A DNA stretch of 35,544 bases from the IMG/VR virus record IMGVR_UViG_3300016265_000300, positions 1 through 35,544 of that record. One strand, 5' to 3'. Both the position numbers and the translations under genes were made by a program. The stretch comes from a virus (lineage: Duplodnaviria; Caudoviricetes). Positions 17,577-25,732 of this stretch are shown here, one piece after another; within the stretch, counting starts at the first letter, position 1, and every line of letters begins with the position of its first letter. The notes beneath the pieces are model-generated. The model saw nothing but the letters and a program-made list of their open reading frames with translations. It searched no databases and was not told where the DNA came from.

Positions 17577-17813
17577 ATGTATACAACAGAAATGGCTACA
17601 GCTTTTAAATCAATAGTGCCACCAAAAAATTTTGGGGTAACTTTATTTGACAGCGGAGAGTTTATTACTATCTCAATAGACCCAGAAGACATAGAAAAAC
17701 TACAGGATAATGAAGTAGATAATGTGGTTAAATATATTAATGATGTTAAAAAGGTTTTAGAAGAACATGGTGCAATTGTGTATATTGTGAGAGAGGCTTT
17801 AAAAGATGAATGA
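17577..17813 (+). CDS. Hypothetical protein
   Basis: AAGGA RBS; operon-coupled. Confidence 0.75.
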   Translation: MYTTEMATAFKSIVPPKNFGVTLFDSGEFITISIDPEDIEKLQDNEVDNVVKYINDVKKVLEEHGAIVYIVREALKDE

Positions 17814-18252
17814 TTTGTTTAACTGGATGGATATTGTTGCTATGTCATTTTTATCTATTATTATAGTATTTTTATCTTATAAAAATATTCAGATTCGTTC
17901 TAAGTTTAAAGTTTTGGGTGGAATGCACATGCAAGCACTAGCAGACAACTATTCACTTAATCAAGCACTTGAACAAATGAAGCAAGACATAGAAAATGTA
18001 AAACTACAAGAAAGCGATGGTTTTGTGAGATTTCTTTCCACATCTCGTGACTGGGCTTTTAACTATATCGAACAGGTTCAAGACGCACTAAAAGAGTTTG
18101 ATGAAACAATTACTCCAATTACAAACTGGACAGAAACATATGGTTCTACAATTGAAGACAGCATATTCCGTAATAAAATTATAGAGATTTCTGCGGCATA
18201 CGAAAGATTACAAAGTCTTTTGCCGAAGGATAATGAAACACCAAACAACTAA
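17806..18252 (+). CDS. Membrane-anchored coiled-coil protein
   Basis: N-terminal TM; FVRFLSTSRDWAFNYIEQVQ. Confidence 0.75.
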   Translation: MNDLFNWMDIVAMSFLSIIIVFLSYKNIQIRSKFKVLGGMHMQALADNYSLNQALEQMKQDIENVKLQESDGFVRFLSTSRDWAFNYIEQVQDALKEFDETITPITNWTETYGSTIEDSIFRNKIIEISAAYERLQSLLPKDNETPNN

Positions 18253-18266
18253 CAAGGAGAAACAAA

Positions 18267-18563
18267 ATGAACGTAGTTCAACTAAAAGCACTACTTGCAT
18301 CATATGCTCGTAGCGTTCTCGGTGCTGCATCAGCACTATATCTAGCAGGAGTTACTGACCCACTAGACCTAGCATGGTCTTTGGTCGCTGCTGTATTGCC
18401 AGTACTTCTAAGATTTATTAATCCGAAGGATACTGCATTTGGAATTGTTCCAAAGGAAAGTGACATCAAGGATGCACTTGCTAAGGCAACACCAAAAAAG
18501 GCACCAGTCAAAAAGGCTGTTGTGGCAAAGGCACCTGCTAAGAAGACAACCACAAAGAAGTAG
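18267..18563 (+). CDS. Holin-like membrane protein with Lys/Ala/Pro-rich tail
   Basis: Two hydrophobic helices, LRFINPKD.AFG, and a KKAPVKKA...PAKK tail; AAGGAG RBS. Confidence 0.7.
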   Translation: MNVVQLKALLASYARSVLGAASALYLAGVTDPLDLAWSLVAAVLPVLLRFINPKDTAFGIVPKESDIKDALAKATPKKAPVKKAVVAKAPAKKTTTKK

Positions 18564-18577
18564 TCTTAGTAAGCATT

Positions 18578-18607
18578 GGGGACAGGTTGTAAAGCCTGTC
18601 CTTTTTT
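18578..18607 (+). terminator. Intrinsic terminator
   Basis: GGACAGGT-loop-GCCTGTCC followed by TTTTTT. Confidence 0.85.
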
Positions 18608-18668
18608 GCTATTACAAGTATGGTATAATAATCTAATGGGGCAAAAGCCCCTTGAAGGAGTTTAAGTC

Positions 18669-19904
18669 ATGCCCTATTCAGTAGGTTCACAAGGTTCATA
18701 TGGTTGCTCAGGCTATCCAGTAGTTAAAGAGGGTGGCGAAGTAATGGGTTGCCACAAAACACAAGCGGAAGCAGCTGCACAAGTACAGGCTCTATATGCC
18801 GCAGAAACAGATAAGTCGAACACAGGAGTTAATCCATCATCAACTGCTGACCCAAAGTATCCGAATGTTGGAGTAAAAACACCATCGTCTATGCGTGGTG
18901 GAAAGAAAGTCAGGCTTCGTAATCCTAGAATGCAGGGTGGCAATGGTGCCAATGCTTCTGGTGCTGTATCTAGTTCTGGCACAGCAATTGCTGCTATGTA
19001 CAAGGCAGAACCAATTACTGAAGGTGATTATGTAATGGGAATGACTAAAGAAGGTATGGTTCATGGTCGTGTAGAACACATTATGACAGAGGGCGGTGTC
19101 CTTGGAACTCCTGGAACTGAGTATGCTTTGGAGTCTATGCCACCAGAAAATCCAGCAATGTCTGTTAGGGTTTATGAAGAAGAAGACGGTGAGTGGGAAG
19201 AAACAGCATACAGCATTGGTATGATGTACAAAGATGCAACAAGACTCGAAGCACTAGAAGGGCATGAAATGGAAGAAGAAGAATATGAAGAAGACGAAAT
19301 GGACAAAGCAGAAGGCTATTCACCAACTTCTGGTATGAAGGCAGCTGCTGCTCGTGCTATTCGTTGGAAAGAACAGGGCAAGGCTACAGGTGCAGGTACT
19401 CCAGTTGGTTGGGGTAGAGCAAGAGACATCGTAGCAGGTCGCTCAATGTCACTAAGCGTGGTACGAAGGATGTATTCGTTCTTCTCTCGCCACGAGGTAG
19501 ACAAAAAAGGAAAAGACTTTTACAACACAAGCAATCCTTCTAACGGAAGAATAATGTGGGACGCTTGGGGCGGTGACGCTGGCTTTAGTTGGTCACGAGG
19601 AATTGTAAACAGAATGAAAGACAAAGCACTGTTTGCTGATTTTGGTAAAGACTATTCTCGTCACGAAACTATTATGTATAAAGGAGTTGGTGTTGGTGAT
19701 ATGGTATCTTGGAATTCGTCTGGCGGAACTGCAACTGGCAAGATTGTTAGAATTATTCGTAATGGCAAGTATAATGTTCCAAACTCTGACTTCACTGTAA
19801 GCGGTACACCAGAAGACCCTGCTGCTGTTATTCGTATCTATCGTGATGGCAAGCCTACAGATACTCTTGTAGGACACAAGGTAAAAACACTAAGGGCACG
19901 ATGA
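18669..19904 (+). CDS. Multi-module protein (head/prohead-associated-type modules; C-terminal Tudor/DUF2945-like domain)
   Basis: GCHKTQAEAAAQVQALY module; GTPVGWGRA...RMYSFFSRH...IMWDAWGGDAG module; VGDMVSWNSSGGTATGKI domain; own TG-G-TATAAT promoter and AAGGAG RBS. Confidence 0.7.
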   Translation: MPYSVGSQGSYGCSGYPVVKEGGEVMGCHKTQAEAAAQVQALYAAETDKSNTGVNPSSTADPKYPNVGVKTPSSMRGGKKVRLRNPRMQGGNGANASGAVSSSGTAIAAMYKAEPITEGDYVMGMTKEGMVHGRVEHIMTEGGVLGTPGTEYALESMPPENPAMSVRVYEEEDGEWEETAYSIGMMYKDATRLEALEGHEMEEEEYEEDEMDKAEGYSPTSGMKAAAARAIRWKEQGKATGAGTPVGWGRARDIVAGRSMSLSVVRRMYSFFSRHEVDKKGKDFYNTSNPSNGRIMWDAWGGDAGFSWSRGIVNRMKDKALFADFGKDYSRHETIMYKGVGVGDMVSWNSSGGTATGKIVRIIRNGKYNVPNSDFTVSGTPEDPAAVIRIYRDGKPTDTLVGHKVKTLRAR

Positions 19905-20149
19905 AAGAGTTAATTCATTTTAGTGCTAGCTGGTGTCAGCCATGTAAGCAAATGCAGCCAATCCTCGATAAGTTTCTTAGTGATAATCCAGACATTAATT
20001 ATATAAAGTATGATGCTGATGAAAATGTAAGCGTTTTCCAGGAACATGGGGTTACTGGAGTTCCTGCCTTTATCGCCAAGGTAGATGGCAAAGAGGCTTT
20101 CCACAAGGGAACAGCCACAGAAGACAAATTATCTGCACTATTTGCTTGA
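19901..20149 (+). CDS. trx: Thioredoxin
   Basis: FSASWCQPCK and the cis-Pro motif GVP. Confidence 0.93.
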   Translation: MKELIHFSASWCQPCKQMQPILDKFLSDNPDINYIKYDADENVSVFQEHGVTGVPAFIAKVDGKEAFHKGTATEDKLSALFA

Positions 20150-20180
20150 CTTACAATCCATTTTAGGGTAAAATAGACCT

Positions 20181-20408
20181 ATGAGAAAACTATTCAATTT
20201 CAACAAAAAGTATGAGCAGGGCTATGGTGATGGTCATGCTAAGGGCTGGTCAGAAGGCTTTGATGTCGGAAGCAAGAAAGCAATTGCAGAATTTCGTAAA
20301 GTTATGATTGCTCGTATTGAAAAAGATATTCAGAAAAATCCAGACCACAACAAAAATATAGTTGCTGGTATGAATAAGGCAATTGAACTAATTAGAAAGA
20401 TGCGATAA
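20181..20408 (+). CDS. Hypothetical protein with GxxxG repeats (leaderless)
   Basis: TTGACT-N17-TAAAAT-N6-ATG; YEQGYGDGHAKGWSEG. Confidence 0.7.
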   Translation: MRKLFNFNKKYEQGYGDGHAKGWSEGFDVGSKKAIAEFRKVMIARIEKDIQKNPDHNKNIVAGMNKAIELIRKMR

Positions 20409-20758
20409 TGATTAAATCAGTTAAAGTTGGTCCACAGAAATTTACTGTTATTGAACGTAATCCTAAAGAAGATGGAATGCTTAATGATGGTGCGTATGGA
20501 TATACCCTGGATAATTCTAACACTATCGTAATCTCTGCAGATGCTAGCAATGGCAAGAAGCAAGTCACAATGTTGCACGAGATACTTCATGCTGTAAGAA
20601 TGAGCTATGATGGTATGCCAAAGCCAAGCAAAGATGATGATTTTGAAGCATGGGAGCATTTTTTTATTGCTATGTACGAGAGCGGTTTGCTGGCGGTACT
20701 TAAAGACAACCCAAAACTAGTAGAATGGCTACTTAAAGATGACTCGACAACTAAGTAA
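20408..20758 (+). CDS. HExxH metallopeptidase-like protein
   Basis: TMLHEILHAV; LAVLKDNP. Confidence 0.75.
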   Translation: MIKSVKVGPQKFTVIERNPKEDGMLNDGAYGYTLDNSNTIVISADASNGKKQVTMLHEILHAVRMSYDGMPKPSKDDDFEAWEHFFIAMYESGLLAVLKDNPKLVEWLLKDDSTTK

Positions 20759-20912
20759 TAAAACAATCCAAACACTAGTAATAATATCATTTATTGCTAA
20801 TATTTTGGTTGTCATTGGTATTATAATGAACTCTAGATATTTTGATAACAATTGTTGGAATGATTACAACACCGAGAGAGAAGCAATTTTAAATTGCGAG
20901 GGAGAACAATAA
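20739..20912 (+). CDS. Small single-TM protein (57 aa; not in ORF track)
   Basis: MTRQLSNKTIQTLVIISFIANILVVIGIIM...CW...AILNCEGEQ; overlaps both neighbours. Confidence 0.65.
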   Translation: MTRQLSNKTIQTLVIISFIANILVVIGIIMNSRYFDNNCWNDYNTEREAILNCEGEQ

Positions 20913-21109
20913 TGGAACACGAGCACGAGGGCGAGACCCTTTTTGATACAATAGTAGAAATCACTTTTGGAATTGAGCACATGGTTGCTGAGTTCTTTTG
21001 GAATGCTGTATTTGCTTTGGCAGTATACGCATTTGCAAAGGCTAGAACACTAAGCAAGATTCACAAGTATGTGGATAGTAAGCATGGCGTGGAGCATGAG
21101 GAATACTAA
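20912..21109 (+). CDS. Small His-rich membrane protein
   Basis: GGAG RBS; MEHEHEG...HMVAEFFWNAVF...KIHKYVDSKHGVEH. Confidence 0.7.
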   Translation: MEHEHEGETLFDTIVEITFGIEHMVAEFFWNAVFALAVYAFAKARTLSKIHKYVDSKHGVEHEEY

Positions 21110-21444
21110 TGGAAAAAGAAACAAACCTAACAGCAGATGTAATCGTAAAGTTAGCAGAACAGACACCATTCGAAAAGGCTGTGTCAAACAAATATCTAGA
21201 AGCAGAAGAGTTGCTGTTAAGAAAACACAGGGACTATGGACCTAAAAATATATCAGCAAGTCCAGGAGGTCCAATCAATGGACTTAGGGTACGCATCCAT
21301 GATAAGTTGGCTCGTATTAACAATCTTTATGACTCTGGAGCTACCCCCGAAAATGAAAGTCTTCGGGATTCTTTTATCGATATGGCTAACTATGCAATTA
21401 TCGCACTATTGGTTCTAGACGATGAATGGGATATTGAGCATTAA
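21109..21444 (+). CDS. Nucleotide-modification-associated / DUF1599-like all-alpha pyrophosphohydrolase
   Basis: KHRDYG, RIHDKLARI and NESLRDSFIDMANYAII. Confidence 0.75.
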   Translation: MEKETNLTADVIVKLAEQTPFEKAVSNKYLEAEELLLRKHRDYGPKNISASPGGPINGLRVRIHDKLARINNLYDSGATPENESLRDSFIDMANYAIIALLVLDDEWDIEH

Positions 21445-21446
21445 AA

Positions 21447-22124
21447 ATGAAACTTGGTCTTGTTATACCTTGGAGAGAAACTCCTAGCAGAATAAAACCA
21501 TTTGAAATAGTTGTTGATTGGTATAAAACTAATTTAACAGACATTGAGATATTTTATGCAGATAGACCAGGAAATTGGAATATTGCTGCTAGTCGAAATG
21601 ATGGGGTAAAAAAGGCACAGGAGGCTCACTGTGACGTTATTATAGTTAATGACGCAGATACACTACCCGAAATTGAGCCTTTGTTAAAAGCCATCGAAGA
21701 ATGCCAAAAAGATGGAATGATTCATAATCCTTTTAGTGTTTGCAAAACTTTTACAGAAAAAGAAAGTCAGTTATTTTATGAAAACACAAGCATATCTTTA
21801 TATAATTTAAAAGGGACAGTTCATCAAACATCTGTGGGCGGTGTCTATGTTTGTACTCCAGAAGCTTGGTGGAACATGGGTGGTCAGGATGAAAAATTTA
21901 TTCAATGGGGCTATGAAGATAGTGCATTTGATATTGCCCATCAAATTATTCATAAAACTGCAATCAAAAAACATCCTGGATATATTTATTCTTTAGGTCA
22001 CAAAGAACAGATACATGATGAAGGATTTAATAAAAATCAGGCTGAAAACAGGGATTTATATTTGCGGTATTTTCAGAACCATACTCCAGAGTCAATACTA
22101 AAATTAATTAAACAAAAATACTAG
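21447..22124 (+). CDS. GT-A glycosyltransferase (GT2/GT7-like)
   Basis: VIPWR, SRNDG, DAD and GGQDEKFIQWGYED. Confidence 0.88.
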   Translation: MKLGLVIPWRETPSRIKPFEIVVDWYKTNLTDIEIFYADRPGNWNIAASRNDGVKKAQEAHCDVIIVNDADTLPEIEPLLKAIEECQKDGMIHNPFSVCKTFTEKESQLFYENTSISLYNLKGTVHQTSVGGVYVCTPEAWWNMGGQDEKFIQWGYEDSAFDIAHQIIHKTAIKKHPGYIYSLGHKEQIHDEGFNKNQAENRDLYLRYFQNHTPESILKLIKQKY

Positions 22125-23140
22125 CCAATAGTCTTAATGATTGTCAGCGTTTTTGATTTCACAGAACTTGACAAAGGAGAATACCCTAAGCCAGCACCTT
22201 TGGCTGGCAAACAAGTGCTAACAACATAAGTAAACCATTTTTGAATAGCCAAGCCTTTGTCAGTAGATGTTTTTTGAGAAGTAGGTCTTTTTGGTGCTAA
22301 CCCATAGGTAACTATAGACAATTGATAAGCACCAGAAACAACTTTGTTAAAATCAATTGTAATTGTTCCATCTGGATTTATTATCTGTGCGTTAATAAAT
22401 CTACCTGCAGCACTGGCGGTAGGTGCAACAAATGAACCAGCTGCGTTTCTCAATTTTGCAATAGACACATCTGCATTGATTGCGTCAGACAAGTCAAAAT
22501 AACCAAAGGCATTAGAATTATCTTCGATGTAGGTTGCTAGCAGTTGTGAGTTCGCAAATGAAGTTGAGTTTGCTGTTAATCCACCAGAAGATGCAGCCAT
22601 GTCGCTACCTGGTGTCCAGCCACCAACAGTTTGACGCAAATAGTTAATCAGATTTGTGTTAGTTCCTGAGCCAGATGTTCTATAAGCAACCTTTATTGCC
22701 TTCTTTGGAAGTTTAACTCTAGGATTTAATGCTTTAATTTGAGCATCATCCCAACGAGTGATAGTGCCTTTTAGAATGCCAGAAACAATCTGTGGAGTCA
22801 GGTTGAGTCCATCTCCAACGCCAACTGCAGAATAAGCAAAAGCAACTGGTCCACCAAATAGTGGAAAGGTTACATAGCTAAAGTTTGGATAGCCAGATGT
22901 GTATGGTGCATCGGTAGCAGCCCAGTCAACATTTTTAGCAGCAAATTCAGTACGACCTGTGCCAGAACCAGTCGAAACATAGTTTACATCATCAACTGTA
23001 TAGTTTGCAGAACAAACAGCCAGGGCATTATAAGCAAAAGAAGAACCCTTGCCAGCAAGAGATTCGCCAGCATAGGCTGGGGTAGTAGAGGTCAATAGAC
23101 CAATAGAAAGAACGATAGATATAATACGAGAAATTTTCAT
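22121..23140 (-). CDS. pstS: Phosphate ABC transporter substrate-binding protein
   Basis: GKGSSF, YVSTGSGTG, DWAATD, ITRWDDAQIKALNP, YRTSGSGT, AYQLSIVTY; signal peptide ending AYA. Confidence 0.93.
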   Translation of the reverse strand: MKISRIISIVLSIGLLTSTTPAYAGESLAGKGSSFAYNALAVCSANYTVDDVNYVSTGSGTGRTEFAAKNVDWAATDAPYTSGYPNFSYVTFPLFGGPVAFAYSAVGVGDGLNLTPQIVSGILKGTITRWDDAQIKALNPRVKLPKKAIKVAYRTSGSGTNTNLINYLRQTVGGWTPGSDMAASSGGLTANSTSFANSQLLATYIEDNSNAFGYFDLSDAINADVSIAKLRNAAGSFVAPTASAAGRFINAQIINPDGTITIDFNKVVSGAYQLSIVTYGLAPKRPTSQKTSTDKGLAIQKWFTYVVSTCLPAKGAGLGYSPLSSSVKSKTLTIIKTIG

Positions 23141-23146
23141 ATATAT

Positions 23147-23201
23147 ATCGTAATGGGTTTGTTTGTTAATTTAGTTAATAGAAGGTAAATTAAAAATTAA
23201 T
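23147..23201 (-). promoter_or_regulatory. pstS promoter with PHO-box-like 11-bp repeats
   Basis: On the minus strand ATTAAT (23196), ATTTAC (23185) and ATTAAC (23174) are spaced exactly 11 bp apart over the -35 position; TACGAT -10 lies 6 nt before the ATG. Confidence 0.55.
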
Positions 23202-23310
23202 CTTTATTGCATGGGCACTGGCATACCCAAGTCTTTTCGTAATAGGTTATAGATTTTTTGCAGTTGTGGTGATGACCAGTTATGCAAAATCCACATCTAT
23301 ACTCTGACAA
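23197..23310 (-). CDS. Tiny Cys/His-rich protein (37 aa, TTG start; not in ORF track)
   Basis: MSEYRCGFCITGHHHNCKKSITYYEKTWVCQCPCNKD. Confidence 0.55.
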   Translation of the reverse strand: MSEYRCGFCITGHHHNCKKSITYYEKTWVCQCPCNKD

Positions 23311-23404
23311 GTTTTCTCTTTACTGGGTCAAACTTCTTTGGTTTCTTTTTCCAAGCCTTGCCATTGTTGCGGTCAGCGTTTCTGATTGTAGGCTTCTTAG
23401 GCAT
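23297..23404 (-). CDS. Tiny basic peptide (35 aa; not in ORF track)
   Basis: MPKKPTIRNADRNNGKAWKKKPKKFDPVKRKLVRV; TAATG overlap with the upstream gene; AAGGA upstream. Confidence 0.6.
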   Translation of the reverse strand: MPKKPTIRNADRNNGKAWKKKPKKFDPVKRKLVRV

Positions 23405-23595
23405 TACAGTTCTTCCTTTGCAACCGCCAAAGCAGCTATCATGGATGTAAAGATAGCGGCAAGTATCTCGCTAATAATGACAGTATACTGTTCAAAGTTT
23501 ACAGCAGTATAAACTAACATAAGTGGTAGTTGTGCGGATAAAAATAGCAGTCCCCAAAGTATTAGAAACGCTAATCGTGTTCTAGCTTTTTTCAT
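23404..23595 (-). CDS. Small two-TM membrane protein
   Basis: MKKARTRLAFLILWGLLFL...; TAATG overlaps. Confidence 0.65.
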   Translation of the reverse strand: MKKARTRLAFLILWGLLFLSAQLPLMLVYTAVNFEQYTVIISEILAAIFTSMIAALAVAKEEL

Positions 23596-23777
23596 TAAAA
23601 CCAAGCCTTTCCTTGCTCGTCTAGTTTAGTAAATTTTTCTTTAACTTGTTTAACTTTAATAAGACCTTTGCAAATCTCTATTAAGTTTGTTCCAGATACT
23701 TCAATTTCAGCACCGTCTTCTAGTTTAACTACATAGTCTCGGTCAGCGGATATGATGTATCGTGTTTTATTAGGCAT
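23595..23777 (-). CDS. Hypothetical protein (leaderless)
   Basis: TG-G-TATAAT 6 nt upstream of the ATG. Confidence 0.65.
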   Translation of the reverse strand: MPNKTRYIISADRDYVVKLEDGAEIEVSGTNLIEICKGLIKVKQVKEKFTKLDEQGKAWF

Positions 23778-23911
23778 ATGCCCATTATACCATTAAAAGT
23801 TCGGTTCGTAAAGGGGTAAAATCGGGCGGAAATAAGGTGTCCAAACGCTTGACAAGCAAGCGAATATCCCCTATAATTGATATACAAGGTCCATTAAACG
23901 ATAGGAAACGT

Positions 23912-24415
23912 ATGCAAACCTTTTTACCTTTTAAAGACTTCCATAAGTCTGCACAAGCCTTAGACAGTAAACGCCTTAATAAACAGGTTCTTGAAGGCTA
24001 TCAAATTCTTAAAGTATTATCTAACGAAGACCCTAAAGCTGCTTGGCGTAATCATCCTGCTGTAAAGATGTGGCGTGGTTATGAGGGACAACTATGGCTA
24101 TATATTATGGCTATGGTTAAGGAAGCAAATAAGCGTGGTATTAAGACTGATAAGAATATGTCTAATCTTTCTGAGCTTAAGTCTTGGGCTGGGGATTTGT
24201 GGGGGTATTCAATTCCAAAGTGGTTTAAAGACCCTTTCACTATGTCTAGACTAACCACTACACATAGGGCTAATCTATATAAGAAAGACCCTGTGTATTA
24301 CTGTGATTTCTATAACTCGCTTGAATCTAGTGAGCCTTGTTGCCCTGACCGCAAAGTGCCTTGCCAGTATTATTGGATTGCACACGACCCTAAGTTTAGT
24401 ATGGTGGCTGCATGA
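23912..24415 (+). CDS. Pyrimidine-dimer DNA glycosylase-like (MSMEG_6728 / endonuclease V family)
   Basis: MQTFLP...LDSKRLNKQVLEGYQIL...HPAVKMWRG...HRANL..KDP.YY; TTGACA-N17-TATAAT promoter at 23849. Confidence 0.85.
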   Translation: MQTFLPFKDFHKSAQALDSKRLNKQVLEGYQILKVLSNEDPKAAWRNHPAVKMWRGYEGQLWLYIMAMVKEANKRGIKTDKNMSNLSELKSWAGDLWGYSIPKWFKDPFTMSRLTTTHRANLYKKDPVYYCDFYNSLESSEPCCPDRKVPCQYYWIAHDPKFSMVAA

Positions 24416-24648
24416 TTAAGTTTGAACATGGTATGCTGGTTTTAGATAGTTCAGCTACATTAGAAGATATGCAAGCAATTTCAGAATTTCAAGAGTATGT
24501 TCGTAATAAGGAACAGCAACGTATTTTTAAAGAATTGGATGCAATGGTAGATACTTATTTGATAGAGCATTACTATGTTGAAGCAGCTCTTATTACCAAT
24601 GCTATTGAGTATCTAAAAAATCCGAGGGTAGAGAAAGAAAATTCGTAA
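24412..24648 (+). CDS. Hypothetical protein
   Basis: ATGA overlap with the upstream stop. Confidence 0.7.
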   Translation: MIKFEHGMLVLDSSATLEDMQAISEFQEYVRNKEQQRIFKELDAMVDTYLIEHYYVEAALITNAIEYLKNPRVEKENS

Positions 24649-24649
24649 T

Positions 24650-24844
24650 ATGCCTAAGATAATACATAAGTATAAATATAGAGTACTAAGCAGAGGAACA
24701 AAACATTATCCCCTGATAAACATAAAGTTCTGGAAATGGGGATTTGGTGTAAGCTATAACACCCAAAAATGGATAGGCGGATTTGCTATAAATTCAAGAC
24801 CAAAAGACACAAAAACAGACAAATATACACAAAAAAAGAGATAG
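24650..24844 (+). CDS. Small basic hypothetical protein
   Basis: Adjacent to the upstream stop; last + strand ORF. Confidence 0.5.
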   Translation: MPKIIHKYKYRVLSRGTKHYPLINIKFWKWGFGVSYNTQKWIGGFAINSRPKDTKTDKYTQKKR

Positions 24845-24908
24845 TTATCCACAGATTTATACACAATTTTATACCCAAAAACCACAGTTATCCACAGGTT
24901 TATACACA
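24845..24908 (+). promoter_or_regulatory. Cluster of DnaA boxes
   Basis: TTATCCACA 24845, TTATACACA 24857, TTATACCCA 24869, TTATCCACA 24888, TTATACACA 24900; all co-oriented, with 12-bp phasing. Confidence 0.8.
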
Positions 24909-24928
24909 GAAAAATCTTACTGTTCTGA

Positions 24929-25500
24929 TTTGATATCAAAGTGGAGCAAAATGGAGAAAAGTGGTTTGGGTAATTGTGCCCATCATTAACAGGCTTCGTA
25001 ATCATTTTCAAATCCCCATAGCCCCAAATACCAAATATCAATATCTTCATATCCCCAAATTGGCATAGCACAAATATGTGATTTTGTCAAGGTTTTTTAC
25101 CAAATTGTTATAAAAATTATCCAAATTAATCTAATTTGATATCAAAAATATCCAAATTTGGGGGAAATAAATAGCCCTTCGTAATCCTTTATTTAGTGTA
25201 TATATGTATGGGAATTTGGGGTATTCAGGGGTTGTTTATGTACCCTGCCTTCGGCAGCTGGCAAAGCCAGGGAATAAAAAATAAGGGTTCGTAATACCTA
25301 TAGTACAAATACCTCTTGACAAATAGGCATATATGTGATATATAACTTTGGGGATTTTTTTAATTTGTTCGTAATGTTTGTTTATCCTGATTTGTATATT
25401 TGTTATCAAATTGTTATATCCAAATTTGGGAAAAATAATTATACCATCGTAATCCCAATTTGTCAATAGCTGGATTATAACGATTTGGTAAATTTTTTTG
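24929..25500. repeat. AT-rich non-coding region with dispersed short repeats and palindromes
   Basis: TTTGATATCAAA at 24929 and 25135; CCAAATTTGG at 25152 and 25420; TTCGTAA at 24995, 25178, 25288 and 25368. Confidence 0.7.
25438..25466 (-). promoter_or_regulatory. Perfect consensus sigmaA promoter with no downstream ORF
   Basis: TTGACA-N17-TATAAT with TG extension. Confidence 0.75.
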
Positions 25501-25538
25501 TGCGCAGGAATCCCTGACTAAACAGGCAATTATCCCGA

Positions 25539-25703
25539 TTAGTCTAGGTCTTCTAGGAGTTTAGGCAAATCAAGCCATACATAGTGGTCAATAGTGTCGT
25601 ATAACTGATTAGACAATTCTTGCCATTGCTCGTCAGTTAGTTTGATGTCATAATTGAACTCTACAAGAGAACGACTGATTTCATAAGTGATTGTATTTTC
25701 CAT
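25539..25703 (-). CDS. Small acidic protein (near-leaderless)
   Basis: MENTITYEIS...LTDEQW; promoter at 25711-25732 lies inside the ORF-track N-terminal extension. Confidence 0.7.
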   Translation of the reverse strand: MENTITYEISRSLVEFNYDIKLTDEQWQELSNQLYDTIDHYVWLDLPKLLEDLD

Positions 25704-25732
25704 AGTTCCTATTATACTCTTATCCACTGACA

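Noticed and set aside
635-21057. Numerous minus-strand ORFs in the track (e.g. 4358-4807, 8912-9493, 18278-18553)
   Set aside because: Antisense shadows of well-supported + strand genes; no RBS or protein motifs.
24754-25466. ORFs 24754-25071 and 25236-25466
   Set aside because: They run through DnaA boxes and low-complexity repeats, and the second starts at the TTG of a -35 hexamer. A short peptide cannot be fully excluded.
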